64,000 nucleotides of DNA, from NCBI RefSeq assembly GCF_009914755.1, contig NC_060932.1. One strand, given 5' to 3'. Below the pieces are notes generated by a model. The model was not told the DNA's origin. It made no database searches and saw only the letters and a program-made list of their open reading frames with translations. The stretch is from the human T2T-CHM13v2.0 reference genome, Homo sapiens. Positions 23,765 through 39,470 of this stretch are shown here, one piece after another. Position numbers and translations under genes: made by a program. The stretch's first letter is position 1. Each line of letters begins with the position of its first letter.

Positions 23765-26146
23765 TAAGAGACTAAAGTGATTAATTAAAACTGTGAGAGC
23801 TTCATGAAAGGGGTGGTTTTAAGCTGAGTTTTGAAGGATGAACAGGCTTTTGAGAAAGGCAGTAGGTGGTGGACAGAACATTCTAGCTGAAGCAAGAGCT
23901 GCAAATACTGGAAGGCTGGGCGAGTTTGGGAAGTGTGGTTGGTGCTCAGGGCTGGGGCCTAGAGCACTTGGGAAGCATGTGAGGGAAGCAGATTTGGAAT
24001 AGTTGGCAGGGGCCGGATCATGAAGGGTCGGTACACTGGCAGCCTCTTTGGATTGCAGAGAACAGAGGCATCCAGGTGAGCTCGAGTAATAAGGTCGTTG
24101 TGAAGATGCATATGGGAACAAAGGAGGTTCTAGAATTAGGGCAAAGATTCTTGGGGAACTGGGACTACACCACAACCAACACCACAGAGTGAATGAAAAC
24201 CTCAGAACAGTCAGACTTATGAAGGTTGGAATGTACTTTGACAATATAAATCTGTCGAGAATCAAACCCAGTTCTAGTAACTGACTTATCTTGTCTTCCT
24301 CTCAGTAGCAAAAACTCATTGGTTCCTACTCTGAAGGTCTGATATTAACATGAAACCCTTTTGAATTCAGTTCTCTGTGTATATCCTCAGCTCAAATCCT
24401 CAAGAGTGTGCGTTAGGATAAATCAGCTCTGCTGTGATAACAGATAAACTCTAAAACCATCAGGGCTTTACATCATTACACAAAGTGCCACCTGAAACAT
24501 GTGTCCTCAAAGTTCCCCATGGCAAGAGAAGATAGGGACAAAGGAAGCACACAAGTCCTTAATATTTTTAATTCTTATCTTTGCATTCCATTCACCAGAA
24601 GTAGCAACATGGCCCTACCTAATTGCAAGGGAGCTGGGAAAGAGGAAATCACACAGAGTATTTGATAGTCACGAACACTCCCTGCTATGAATCTGAGGTA
24701 TCTCACTGGTCACCCTCGTCTCTACTGGGGAATGTGCTCTTGACAGGGACACCTCATTGGCCCCTTTCCAGGAAGGATTGGCTTGGCTGCCCTTTAGTCA
24801 GGTGTCCTCTCCTGGTCCAGTGAGCTGTGGCCTGGAAAGAAGAGGCCACAGTCTCTGTGATGTAGGCAGGACAATTTCCATTTGAGGACTTTAATGATTT
24901 AATGGAACCACTTCACTATATTATGTGAAGACTGGGAGTTTATGTTGAGGCATTGAAGGTGTTAGCCATTGAAGGTGTTAGCAGAGCAGTGAGAGACATG
25001 ATTGGATTTACATTTCTCACAGGTCACTCGGAGGCTGGCCTGAGCATAATGGGTTGGAGGTAGAGAGACTAGTTGTAATGCTGCTGTTATTGTCCAAGGA
25101 AGACATTAGACAGAAATGGAATTGGGGTAAAAGGCTGAAAGTGAAGACCTTGCAGAATTGAAGCAGGCAGGAAGTCGTATGCCAGAATAATATACAGAGT
25201 ATCTCACATGTGATTGTCATCAGAAGTGAATGAGACCCTGTCTATAGAGAACATAGCACGAAGACTCAGCATCTACTATTATGCCCTAATCAAAATATTT
25301 GATACAGGACCTTTCAGCCTCTGCTGGGATACTTCCAGGGATGGGAAGCTTACCACTGTTTGAGCAGTCTGTACATTGTGGACATAGTTAATACTTTGAA
25401 AATGCCTTCTTAGATTAATCTCAATTCTTCCCTCCTCCCTCCTTTTATCCTTTGTTTCTCCACCCATCATCCTTTTCTCTAGGAAAAGGATGTCTCCTAA
25501 GAAGGAAGACAAATCCTTTTGGCTCCCTCAGATTTTCTCCTCTTCGTCATCCTTCCAGCTTCCCAAGAAATCCCAGAATAAAACTTTCCACTCAAGGTCC
25601 CACCTTGGCCTTGCCTCTAGGGACATTCTGATTTTCCTTTGTCAAGATGGGGAGCATCCTAGGCTTTCCAGGGAGCAGAGCCTGTGCCTCTGAGAGGGCA
25701 CAGACTATGGAATCAATAGAAGTTATTGGTCATTAAAGTGTTTCCCTGGATATTCTTATAATGGGAAAAGATTATGGTGGGATAATGGGAAATCTATTAA
25801 GCTAGGAGGAGGAGGGTCTTGGGGACTAATAGGTGTGGTGTTCAGCTAACTGGGCCCTTATGCTGGCGGTTCTAGGCCTCAAAGTCATCCCAGTGGCCAA
25901 AGCCTTCTTGATCACTGAAATCAGGTATCTCCAGTTAGTGTTCATGTTTTAATCTGAATATAAAGCCCAGTTCCACTTTGCTCTGTTCATTTCTTTAGTG
26001 CTTATTTATTGAGTGCCTGCTAGGACCCAGGCAGTGAGAACTCTGATGAAAAAGACAATAGGCCCTGTCCTCATGGAGCTCAGTGTCTTGTTGGGAAGAA
26101 AAAGAAGAAATTTATCATAAGTAACAACAGTAAAAGTGATAGTTTA

Positions 26147-26446
<300 letters not shown>

Positions 26447-26664
26447 GAGTGGTAGTTTAATAAACAGTAATATGTGGGCCAAACATTTTACATAGATTAT
26501 TTTATTTAATCTTATCAGTGATCCTATCAGAAGCTTTTCTGCTCCCATTTTGCAGATGGGAAATTGAGGTTTAGAAAGGTCAAGTAAAATGCCCGAGATG
26601 ACACAGCTAGGAGCTAGAATTCATGTCCTCACTTGAAAATACCTCTTGCTTTGCTCCCCCATTA

Positions 26665-26710
26665 CACACACACACACACACACACATACACATGCACATG
26701 TACACATGCA
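26665..26710. repeat. (CA)n microsatellite
   Basis: Read directly. Confidence 0.9.
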
Positions 26711-26734
26711 TACTCATACTCTGGGAGACCAGAA

Positions 26735-28039
26735 GGGAAGCAGCACCTAACCAGCCCAGGATTGCAGGGATCACTTCCTGCAGAAGTGACATCGGAGCTG
26801 AGTCCTCAGGAAGTGTGCACGCTTGCCAGATAGAGGGGAGGAACAGCCTTCCAGGTAGACAGAAGGACATGGACAACATGCCAGGTGAGAGGGCGTGCAG
26901 TGGATCTGGGGAATCTCTAAGTTGTTTATGGTTGGTTGACATGTGGCTTGACTGGAGAGAAGGATGGGAGATGAGGATTGACAGGTGGACAAAATCGGGC
27001 CAGGATGGGGGAAGATGGGCATAGTCACTGTGACCTTTGTGATGGTTGGAGGAGGTGACCTGATAAATATTCGTTCTCTGTAAAGCAGGAGTAGCCTTCA
27101 GGCCACATTGTCTCCGTCTGCTCCCTCCTCCCTGCAAGCCCTAGGGTAAGTGAGAAAGTGCCTCCTGAGGCTCTTATTGTCAAAAGGATGGAGTTCCTGA
27201 AAGAATGGAAGATGTATGTTCACTCTTAGCTTTATAACTTGTTATCTGAGGGAAACTTGGGCTGGCCTCTTCTCTAAATCTCAGTTTTCTTGTCTATAAA
27301 GTGGGGTTATTAATACCAATGTCATCACAAAGTTGTAATAGGGAATAAATCAGATGAGATAAAAACACACACATGCTTCGTAACTATCTTGTGTTTAACT
27401 CTTTGTTCTGGTTACCCATTGCTGCATAAAAAAGACCCCAGAACTTAATTGTGTAAAACAACCTTTGTTTTGCTTCCGAGTCTACGATTTGGGCAGAGCT
27501 TGGCAGGGAACTGCTCATCTCTGCTCTACTCACTTTCAGCTATGGCAGCTTAAAGGCGGGAGCTGGAGTCATGCAAAAGCTTTTTAATCCTAGGCCTAGT
27601 AGTTGCTGCTGGCTGTTAGCTAGGACCTTAGCTGAGACTGTCGGCAGAACATCTCACCCAGCCTCTTCATGTGGCTCCCTGAACAACATGGCAGCTGGGT
27701 TCCCAGGAGGAGCCTGAGAGAGCACCAGGTAGAAGTAAGATAACCTAGCTCCAGAAATTAGACAGGGTTGCTTCTACTTCATTTTATTTATTAAAAAGGA
27801 GTCACCAAGCCTGGACGACATTCAAGAGGAGGAGAATTGTACTCTATCTTTTGATGAGATGAGTTCCATTGGCTCAGCCAAGGTCACGCTCCTGGAGCTG
27901 GAGATTGGGGTAATGGCTCAGAAGAAGCTCTTCCACCCCATCTGTATCTGGCAAACTTGCATACTTTCTGAGGACTCAGCTCTGATGTCACTTTGCAGGA
28001 AGTGTTTCCTGCATCCTAGGCTGGTTAGATGCTCCTCCC
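26735..28039. repeat. Local inverted duplication of ~120 bp of L2-derived sequence (26735-26853 vs 27921-28039)
   Basis: CCTAACCAGCCCAGGATTGCAGGGATCACTTCCTGCAGAAGTGACATCGGAGCTGAGTCCTCAGGAAGTGTGCACGCTTGCCAGATA vs the reverse complement of the second copy, TCTAACCAGCCTAGGATGCAGGAAACACTTCCTGCAAAGTGACATCAGAGCTGAGTCCTCAGAAAGTATGCAAGTTTGCCAGATA. Confidence 0.8.
27404..27860 (-). mobile_element. MaLR LTR (MLT1G/H-like)
   Basis: TGTTCTGGTTACCCATTGCTGCATAA ... TTGGGCAGAGCTTGGCAGGG ... CTGGCTGTTAGCTAGGACCTTAGCTG ... ATTCAAGAGGAGGAGAA. Confidence 0.7.
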
Positions 28040-28387
28040 ATCAAAAGATGGAAATTTGTTTTAAAACCACGTTTTAAAACCAACACACCCTTGTAGCAAG
28101 TTGCTATCATGTGGCAGGCAATGAGTCAGGTGGGGGTGGGTATGAACAGTAGGGAAGATGAAGTAAAGTCTCATTCCTATTTTGCACTGATTTTAATGAG
28201 GTTAACAACACTTATATGGCTGATATCTCAGCTGAGACACTGCATATGAAATTGCTTTGTGGCATTAATAGGAAATTGCTTTGTGGTATTAATAGGTAAT
28301 TATATTGTATTTCACAGAGGGGCACTGTCAGAACAACTGTATCAGATACAACAGTATCAGTTGGTTGAAAGTAACACAGCTTAGTTC

Positions 28388-30921
28388 ATCCTCAACAAAA
28401 CACTAGCAAAACTGAATTCAACAGCACATTAAAAAGGTCATTCACCATGATCAAATAGGATTCATCTCAGGGATGCAAAGATGGTTCAACATACGCAAAT
28501 CAATAAATGTGATATATCCTATCAACAGAATCAAGGACAAAACCATATCATTTTGGTAGACACAGAAGGAGCATTTGATAAAATTCAATATCTCTTTATG
28601 ATAAAAACTCTCAAAAAACTAGGCATAGAAGGTATATCCTTAACACAATAAAGGCCATGTATGACAAATCCACAGCAAACATCATACTGAATGGGGAAAA
28701 GTTGAAAGATTTTTCTTTAAAATCTAGAACAATACAAGGATACCCATTTTCACCATTTTTATTCAAACTAGTATTGAAGGTGCTAGCCAGAGCAATTAGA
28801 CAAGATAAAGGGCACCCAGATAGGAAAGCAGTAAGTCAAATTGTCTCTGTTTGCAGATAACATTATCTTGTTGAAAATTCCAAAGTCTCAACTGAAATCT
28901 CTTAGAACTAATAGATGAACTCAATAAAGTTGTGGTATACAAAATCAACATGCAAAAATCAGTAGTGTTTCTATAGACCAATAGCAAACTAGCTAACAAA
29001 GAAATCAATACAACAATCCTATCTACAACAGCTACAAAAAATACCTAGGAATAAATTTAACCAAAAAGGTGAAAGATCTTTACAGTAAAAACCATAAAAC
29101 ATTGATGAAAGAAGTTGAAGAGGATATAAATAAATGGAAAGATATTCTATGTTCATGGATTGGAAGAATTGACATTATTACAATGTTCATACTACACAAT
29201 GCGATCTACAATTCAATGCAATCTCAATCAAAATACTGATGTCATTCTTCATAGAAATAGAAAGAAATCTTAAAATTTTTATGGAACTATAGAAGACTCA
29301 GAATAGCTAAAGCAATCTTGAGCAAGAAAAACAAAGCTAGAGGCATCACACTACCTGACTTCAAAATATGTGTACTGCAAAACTATAGTAATCTGAACAG
29401 CATAACGTTGGCATAAAAATAGGCACAGACCAGTGGGACAAAAGAGACAACACAGGAATAAATCCACTCACTTATAGCCAACTGATTTTCTACAAAGATG
29501 CCAAGAGTACACACTGGGGGAAAGGACAGTCTCTTCAATAAATGGTGCTGGGAAAACTGGATATTCACATGTAGAAGAATGAAACCAGTCCCCATCTCTC
29601 ACCATATACAAAAATCAACTCAAAATGAATTAAAGACTTAAATATAACATCCAAAACTCTAAAACCACTAGAAGAAAACATAGAGAAAACCCTTCATGGC
29701 ATTGGTATGGGCAAAGATTTTTTTGGATAAGAACCCGAAAACACAGGCAACAAAATCAAAAAACAGAAAATGGGATTATATCAAACTGGGAAGCTTCTGT
29801 ACAACAAAGGAAATAATCAACAGAGTAAAGAGACAATCTACACAATTTGAGAAAAATATTTGCAAACTACTATGCATCTGACAAGGGGTTAATATCCAGA
29901 ATATATAAGAAAAACAACTCAATAACAAAAATCAAATAATCTGATTAAAAAATGGGCAAAAGACGTGAATAGACACTATCAAAAGAAGACATACAAATGG
30001 CCAACAGGTATATGAAAAAATGCTCAACATCACTAATCATTAGGGAAATGCAAATCAAAACCGCAATGAGATATTACCTCACTCCAGTTAGAATGATTAT
30101 TATCAAAAAGAAAAAAATAACCAATGATGCCATGAATGTGGAGAAAAGGGAACCCTTGTCCATTGAAGATGGGAATATAAATTGGTACAGCCATTATGGG
30201 ATACAATGTGGAGGTTCCTCAAAAAATTAAAAATAGAACTACCATGTGATCCAGCAATCCCACTACTAGGCATTTATTCAAAGGAAATGAAATCAGTATG
30301 TCAAAGAGATATTTGCATTCCCATGTTTACTGCAGGACTATTTTCAACTTAGATATGGAATCAACCTAAGTGCCTATCAATGGATGAGTGGATTAAAAAA
30401 AGTGGTATATATACACAATGAAATACTATTTAGCTATAAAGAAGAAGGAAATCCTGTGATTTGTGACAACATGGATTAACCTGGAGGACATTATGTTAAG
30501 TGAAAAAACACAGGCACAGAAAGACAAATACCACATGATTTTACTCATTTGTGGAATAAAAAAAAAAAGCTGATCTCATAGAAGTACACAGTAGAATAGT
30601 GGTTACCTGAGACTGGGGGAGGATAAGGGGTGAAGGGAATGGGGAGAGATTGGTCAGGGGGTACAAAATTACAGACAGGAGGAATAAGTTCTGGTGTTCT
30701 ATTGCATAAGAGGGTCACTATAGGTAACAATATGATATTGCATATTTCAAAATAATTAGAATAGAGGATTTTGAATATTCTCCCCGCAAAGAAACGATGA
30801 ATGTTTGAAGTGATGGATAAGTTAAATGCCTTGATTTGGTCATTACACATGTTTACAAGTATTGAAACATCACAGTCACCCATACATTTTTACAATTATG
30901 TGTCAATTGAAAATAAAACCT
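28388..30921 (+). mobile_element. 5'-truncated L1 (L1MA-like): decayed ORF2 RT to C-terminus plus 3'UTR
   Basis: ORF pieces [16 protein letters not shown]...VLARAIRQ and [17 protein letters not shown] are L1 ORF2. Many stops and frameshifts. L1MA-type 3'UTR with AATAAA at 30912. (C/T)TAGTTCA appears at both junctions. Confidence 0.95.
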
Positions 30922-30925
30922 AAAG

Positions 30926-31370
30926 AAAACCTAGTTCAAACTAACTTATATAATGAAGAGAGTTCACTGGCTTATGTAAATAAAAGTCTAGAGCGTGTGC
31001 TTTAGGCAGCGCTTGGTTCAGCCACATAAAGATGCTTCTGATGAACTGTTTTTTTTTTTTTTCCTATTTCTTTCTCTTTGCCTTCTGTGGTTGCGAGACA
31101 GCTGCTGGAAGCTCCTTGATTATGTGTCTCTTCATTCCTAGCCCAGATAAAAACAGATGAATTTTCTCTTTTGTTTCTGGCAAACATCCTGAAATTCACT
31201 CTGATTGGACCAGTTTAGATGGCATGACTACTCGTGGACCAATCACTGTCTGAGAGTAGGTAGAACTCAATGATTAACTTAGCCAAGGCCACACTCCTGG
31301 AGCTGAATAGGGATGGATTAACTTTCCCTGAACCTCATGATGGAAATTAGCAGGAAGGGAGAACAGAGGA
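30926..31370 (-). mobile_element. Old MaLR LTR (MLT1K-like), split by the L1 (short 5' piece at ~28352-28387)
   Basis: GGTTGAAAGTAACACAGCTTAGTTC | AAACTAACTTA ... TTCACTGGCTTATGTAAATAAAAGTC ... CTCTGATTGGACCAG ... GACCAATCACTGT. Confidence 0.6.
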
Positions 31371-31533
31371 AGGTCCTGAGGAGCTACTCATTGTTATCCA
31401 CTTCATGTCTTCCTTCAACATCTTTTTCATCTCCCCTGCCCACTATGCCTATTTTAATGATGAAGAATGTTAAGCTGGGCTTTGAGCTTGGCATGTGAAA
31501 GCTTGTTCTTTGTTCTGTTGAAGAAAAACTCTA

Positions 31534-31835
<302 letters not shown>

Positions 31836-32386
31836 ACCTCCAAAGAATTGTTCCTTTGGGGGCCCTGCCTCTTCCCTCTGGGACTCTGGCCTCTAGGAGG
31901 CTGAGGCTGGAGATAAATCTCACAGAAGCAGATCATCAACTGGAAGGGACTTAAGGTCACATTGTCCTGGTGTGAAAACTGAGGCTGAGACAGAATCCCT
32001 GGGCCACAGAGTCACAGAGCCTCCCTTTCCTCTGATACTGTCATGTCCTAAACTAAGAACTAAGTTGCATGCATGCACACATGCACTGACAGCCCTGACT
32101 AGAAACTTCTCCTCTGTAGGACTTAGTTTTCTTCTCTGTAAAATGAAGTGACTTCTGTGGCCCTAGGTTCTGCAGTGAAGCAAGAGTGAATTAGCTGGAG
32201 AGTATTCTAAATACATGCCCAGCTCACCTAGGAATTGTGATGCACCTGCAGGAAAGCGTGGTGGGTGTGTGCATTTTGAACTAGCTTCCTAGGTAGCACT
32301 GAATCCCGGCCTCATATCACTTTAAACCATCATATGAGGTCCCTTCCACTCTGGCCTCCAGACCTCTGAGCTTATTAGTCTGAGCG

Positions 32387-32732
32387 TCTATTAGTCTGTT
32401 TTCATGCTGCTCATAAAGACATACCCAAGACTGGGCAATTTACAAGAGAAAGAGGTTTAATTGGACTTACATTTCTGGGGAAGTCTAACAATCATGGCAG
32501 AAGGCAAGGAAGAGCAAGTCACGTCTTACATGGATGGCTGCAGGGAAAGAGAGAGCTTGTACAGGGAAATGCCTCTTTTTAAAACCACCAGATCTCATGA
32601 GATTTATTCCCTATCACAAGAACAACGAGGGAAAGCCTGCTCCCATGATTCAATTACCTTCTACCAGGTCCCTCCCACAACACGTGGGAATTCAAGATGA
32701 GATTTGGGTGGGGACACAGCAAAACCATATCA
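32387..32732 (-). mobile_element. THE1 (THE1B/C-like) solo LTR
   Basis: TATTAGTCTGTTTTCATGCTGCT.ATAAAGACATACCCAAGACTGGGCAATTTACAA ... GAGATTTGGGTGGGGACACAGC.AAACCATATCA. Confidence 0.92.
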
Positions 32733-33787
32733 CCTTGGTTGCAGGCTCCAGGACTAAGAGAAAGGAAAAGGCAGGGGTTGTCCTGGGGGAACTGCCCTTG
32801 GTGACTCTCCCGCAGAAGGAAGGAAAGAGACTTTGGTGTATTGGCCAGAGCCCAGCACGCCAGGCCAAGACTTTGCAAGGGTGCTCCTGGCTGGGCCTGA
32901 CTGTTCTGATGCCCCGGGCAATGTCGTCATGCAGTGAGGCCACATGCCGGCCAGAAGCCCTTTGGCTGACCAGGGCCCTCTGTGAGGCAAGGAGCACTGC
33001 GTCCCTCTGCCCCCGCCCCCCAACCCCCACACACAGCACTCAGGTCACTGAGTGTTTCTAGAAGGAAAGGGTTTTAGAAGGAGGGCCAGACTTGGAGTTA
33101 AGACCTCCAGATTCCAGTCCAGATGCAGCTACCTATGGGCGAAGTGGTCCTAGCAACTGTGAGCCTCAGTTTTCTCATCTGAAAAGGAGGACTGACAGCT
33201 GCTGCCCAGCCTTCTTCTTTTATAAGGCACAGGATTTAAAAGGCAGTGAAGCAATTGGTGAAATGACTTGGTCGGCAAAACTCATGTTGGAGGATTATTA
33301 TTCCTGTTCAAAATAGCAGCAGCTTCAAAGCTGGAACCTGGAGGCTCCCGCAGAGTCCGGCACTGCCAGCAAGCTGCCATCTTGCAGATTGAGATGAAGA
33401 TACAAGAGGCAGAGAGGAAAAGCTGCTCCTGGAGGCTTCTTTCCTGATTCTTTGTCTCTCTCTCTCTTTTTTTTAATTAGAGGCCTGCAGGGGATCTGGG
33501 TGGCTTCCAACTTATACAGTGCTACCTGATAGAATAATTTGTGCTGCCTGGGCACCTGTCATCACCTCCAGAGAGACAACAGGCTGGAGGTGGAAAACAA
33601 GCTGCACACAAGGCTGCCGCCCCACCCGCCCTCCCCTCACTGTGCTCCTCTGTGCCTGTAACTCTCTGATTCTTGGAGTTTCCTGAACTCTGTCATTCAG
33701 GTGCTCTCTCATGATGCTGGCTAACCTGTCTCCCATCTGTAACATTGCTTCCCAGATAATTGAAGTCAACCCACATTTTCATTCTTA

Positions 33788-36604
<2,817 letters not shown>

Positions 36605-37589
36605 CCACCTATCAGCATTGATGAATAAAGAGTAAATAAGATACCACTGGTAAAGGGCGTGGGTCAATAACCTAGGACTATCATCACCAAGTGCAAGGGC
36701 TTGGGCGAGACATTCAACCTCTTCAACCTTCTGGGAGCTTTGAATGCTCTCACCATACAATGAGGTGATGGAAGTGAAATGTGCTTCGTAAAACTGTGAT
36801 ACGTTGAGCAAATCACTTTTGGGATTATTAGCCGGTCCTCATTAGCATATGAAAGGCAAGGTGGCAGGGCGGTTGTCAAAGTCCAGTGGGTTCTGTGGGT
36901 CGGAAGCCAGGCCAGTCTCTCTGATTTTATGCCTCTTTCACCCACTGCCCTTTTAGCCTCCAGTCATTTCCCTTCCATCACCTGAAACCTAACTGCATTG
37001 TGGACCAGAACCTGTAGATCTTAGGCTTGGTTTCTATTAGTAAAGCCCTTCTCCTGGGAGAGGGACTTACCATCAGGCCTGAGAAAGAAGTCAGGCGTGC
37101 TTGGAATGCAATTGCAAAAGAGGTTACAAGAGCCTGTGAGAATGCCGAAATCAAGTGATGTCGAGAGGTTTTGTTATTTTTGAAAAAATGACTCATTCTG
37201 AGAAACCCTGACAGCCTCAGAACATTCACCTAGTTGCTTGCATGCATAACCCGGAGCCCACTGCAGAGGAAAACAAATCCTGTTATCACAGCTGAAGGAG
37301 GGGGTGGTGGGGGCAGTGAGGGCTGGTGGTGGGAATGGGAATAGGGATGGGGTGACCATTTAATGGAGGAAGAGTTTGAAAATGACTCTTGCTCTGCGAG
37401 TGGACTGTTTTAATTTCGCAAGTCCTTTTCTCTAAATTGTTCTATTCAAGCCATTACAGAACACATCCGCTTGGAGGCAACACATATTCTTTTTGCATTC
37501 AACTGAGCCAGCCACGGGAGATAAGATGATTCCCATTTGACCCTCAAAGGAAATGGACTCTCAGATGGCTGAAGCTATTTGTCCAAGAT

Positions 37590-37715
37590 GAGGGGGCAGA
37601 AGAAGAAAGGAGGGAGAGAAAAAGGAGGAGGAGGAGGAGGGAGAAAGAAGGGGGTGGGAGAGGAGGGGAGGGGAGGGGAAGGGAGGAGAGGAAAGGGGAG
37701 GAGAGGAGAGAAACG
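37590..37715. repeat. GA-rich polypurine tract
   Basis: (GGA)n and (GGGGA)n, nearly pure purine. Confidence 0.9.
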
Positions 37716-37949
37716 AAAACCATGCTTGTCTTGTGGAGAAAGACTGGGAAGGGCTGTTTCCAGTGGGGGCACCTGTTGGCCTCCTCATTGTGAGATGCTC
37801 CGGAGCATACGGGACCTCGGGTTAGGAGATGGGTTCTGGTTCTGCCCCTGGCCTTAGCCACCTGTGTGGCTTTGGGGAAACAGGTTCCTTCACCAAGTCA
37901 CCATTCACATCTGTAAAAGTATGAGGATGAGTGGAGTAAAATAAACTGA

Positions 37950-38110
37950 GAGCTTCTAAAACTTAGCAGGCACATGAATGTTCTGGAAAACTTGTTACAA
38001 TATGGATTACTGGGTCCCCGCTCCAGGAATTCTGATCAGGAAGTCTGGGGAAGGGCTCCCGGGTGAGGCAGATGTTGCCCTTTAGTCTACTGACCTCCCT
38101 TGAGTAGCCT
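37950..38110. mobile_element. MER5-like hAT-Charlie MITE
   Basis: CTTCTAAAACTTAGCAGGCACA ... CTTGTTACAATATGGATTACTGGGTCCCC ... ATTCTGATCAGGAAGTCTGGGG. Confidence 0.6.
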
Positions 38111-38743
38111 TGGTGGATGATCTTTAATACTCCTTCCTGTTCTGCCGTTCAGTGATTCAAAATATTCAAGAGCTCCCGGCCGTTGTGCGCTGAGCCGGGG
38201 CTGGGAATACAAAATAGAATAGGTTTCTGCCTTTCGGGCCTAGCAGTGTCAGTGTGGAAGCAGATGGGTGAGCGAATGGCGTTGTCACACAAGGCCCACG
38301 GGGGAAGTGCTAAGGCAGGAGTGGTCAGTGCTTTGTGTGGGAGGCAGGCAGGGCTTCAGGGAGGAGGGTGTCGGGGTGAGCCTGTAGGGTGAGCCTTTAG
38401 GCCTCGGTTGTCCTTAGCCAGCAAGATGTGTGTGGGGCGATTTCTGGGGAGAGGGCGGTGTTGGCTGTTTGGAACGTGGCCCTCAGAGGACTGTTGGGCC
38501 AAGTGCTTGTTGCGTGAGCTGTGGCTTCAGTGCTGCTCAGAGTGATCTTTGGGCTCTGTCCTCCAGCTGAGCACCTGCAGTGCCCCTCTCCTTAGACGGC
38601 CCCGGGAAGAGCGGGCAGGAGCAGGTGGGCCAGGACCCTGGGACCACCTTGAAATATTTTCTAAATACAGTGCACACACACATATCCACACACAGATAAA
38701 TATATAGAGATAGATGTGTACACACACAAACACACCCACACAC

Positions 38744-39393
38744 AGAGTTAATCTTCCTTATTAGCAGATTCTATATTTGTGAATTTGCCTACTTGCTAAT
38801 ATTTGCTCGCAACCCCCAAATCAATACTCACAGCACTTTCTCAGTCATTCATGAACCTGTGCAGAACAGCAGAAAAATGGACTGACTCAACACCCGTGTT
38901 CCCAGCAGAGGTGGAACAAGGTGATGCTTTGCCTTCTTTTCTTCAGCTCAAACTGGAAACAAGTCTCTTTTTTGAGGCCTAGTTAGTATCATGTTTGGGG
39001 GACTTTTGTGCTTTTTGGGGTGATTTTGATGTTTTAAATGGCACCCAAGTGTAGAGCTGAAGTGCTGTCTCTTATTCCTAAATGCCAGAAGGCTGTGATG
39101 TGTCTTATGAAGAAAATACATGTGTTAGAGAAGCTTCATTGAGGCATAAGCTATGGTGCTGTTGGCTAAGAGCTCAATGTTAATGAATCAACAATATCTA
39201 TTAAATAAGGTGTCTAAGCAAAAACACACATAAGACAAGGTTGTGTTTGATTACTTGATGAAAATGTTCTGACCAGAGGCTCACAGGAACCTAATCATTG
39301 ACTTCCTCTAGGAAGAATGATTCACTATCCTCTAATTCAATGTTCATGACCACTTCATGGAACATAACTGCCACAGATAATGAGGGCTGACTG
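38744..39393. mobile_element. MER44 (Tigger-derived DNA transposon)
   Basis: CAGATTCTATATTTGTGAATTTGCCTACTTGCTAA ... CCCCAAATCAATACTCACAGCACTT ... AAGGCTGTGATGTG.CTTA ... GAGGGCTGACTGTA terminus. Confidence 0.85.
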
Positions 39394-39470
39394 TATATGT
39401 GTCTTTCTGTGTATATGCATGTATGTGTGTAAGTGTGTACATATAACTGAGTGTATCCGCTGCTTAGTAT

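Noticed and set aside
27143-27152. Perfect splice donor AGG|GTAAGT (similar one at ~18058)
   Set aside because: Such hexamers are expected many times by chance in 64 kb, and I found no matching acceptor or reading frame.
28388-30921. Reverse-transcriptase-like ORFs as an active element or novel RT system
   Set aside because: Ordinary 5'-truncated L1 with many stops and frameshifts, and no ORF1 or endonuclease domain.
32534-33061. 175-aa ORF
   Set aside because: It starts inside an antisense THE1 LTR and shows no recognisable domain or exon structure.
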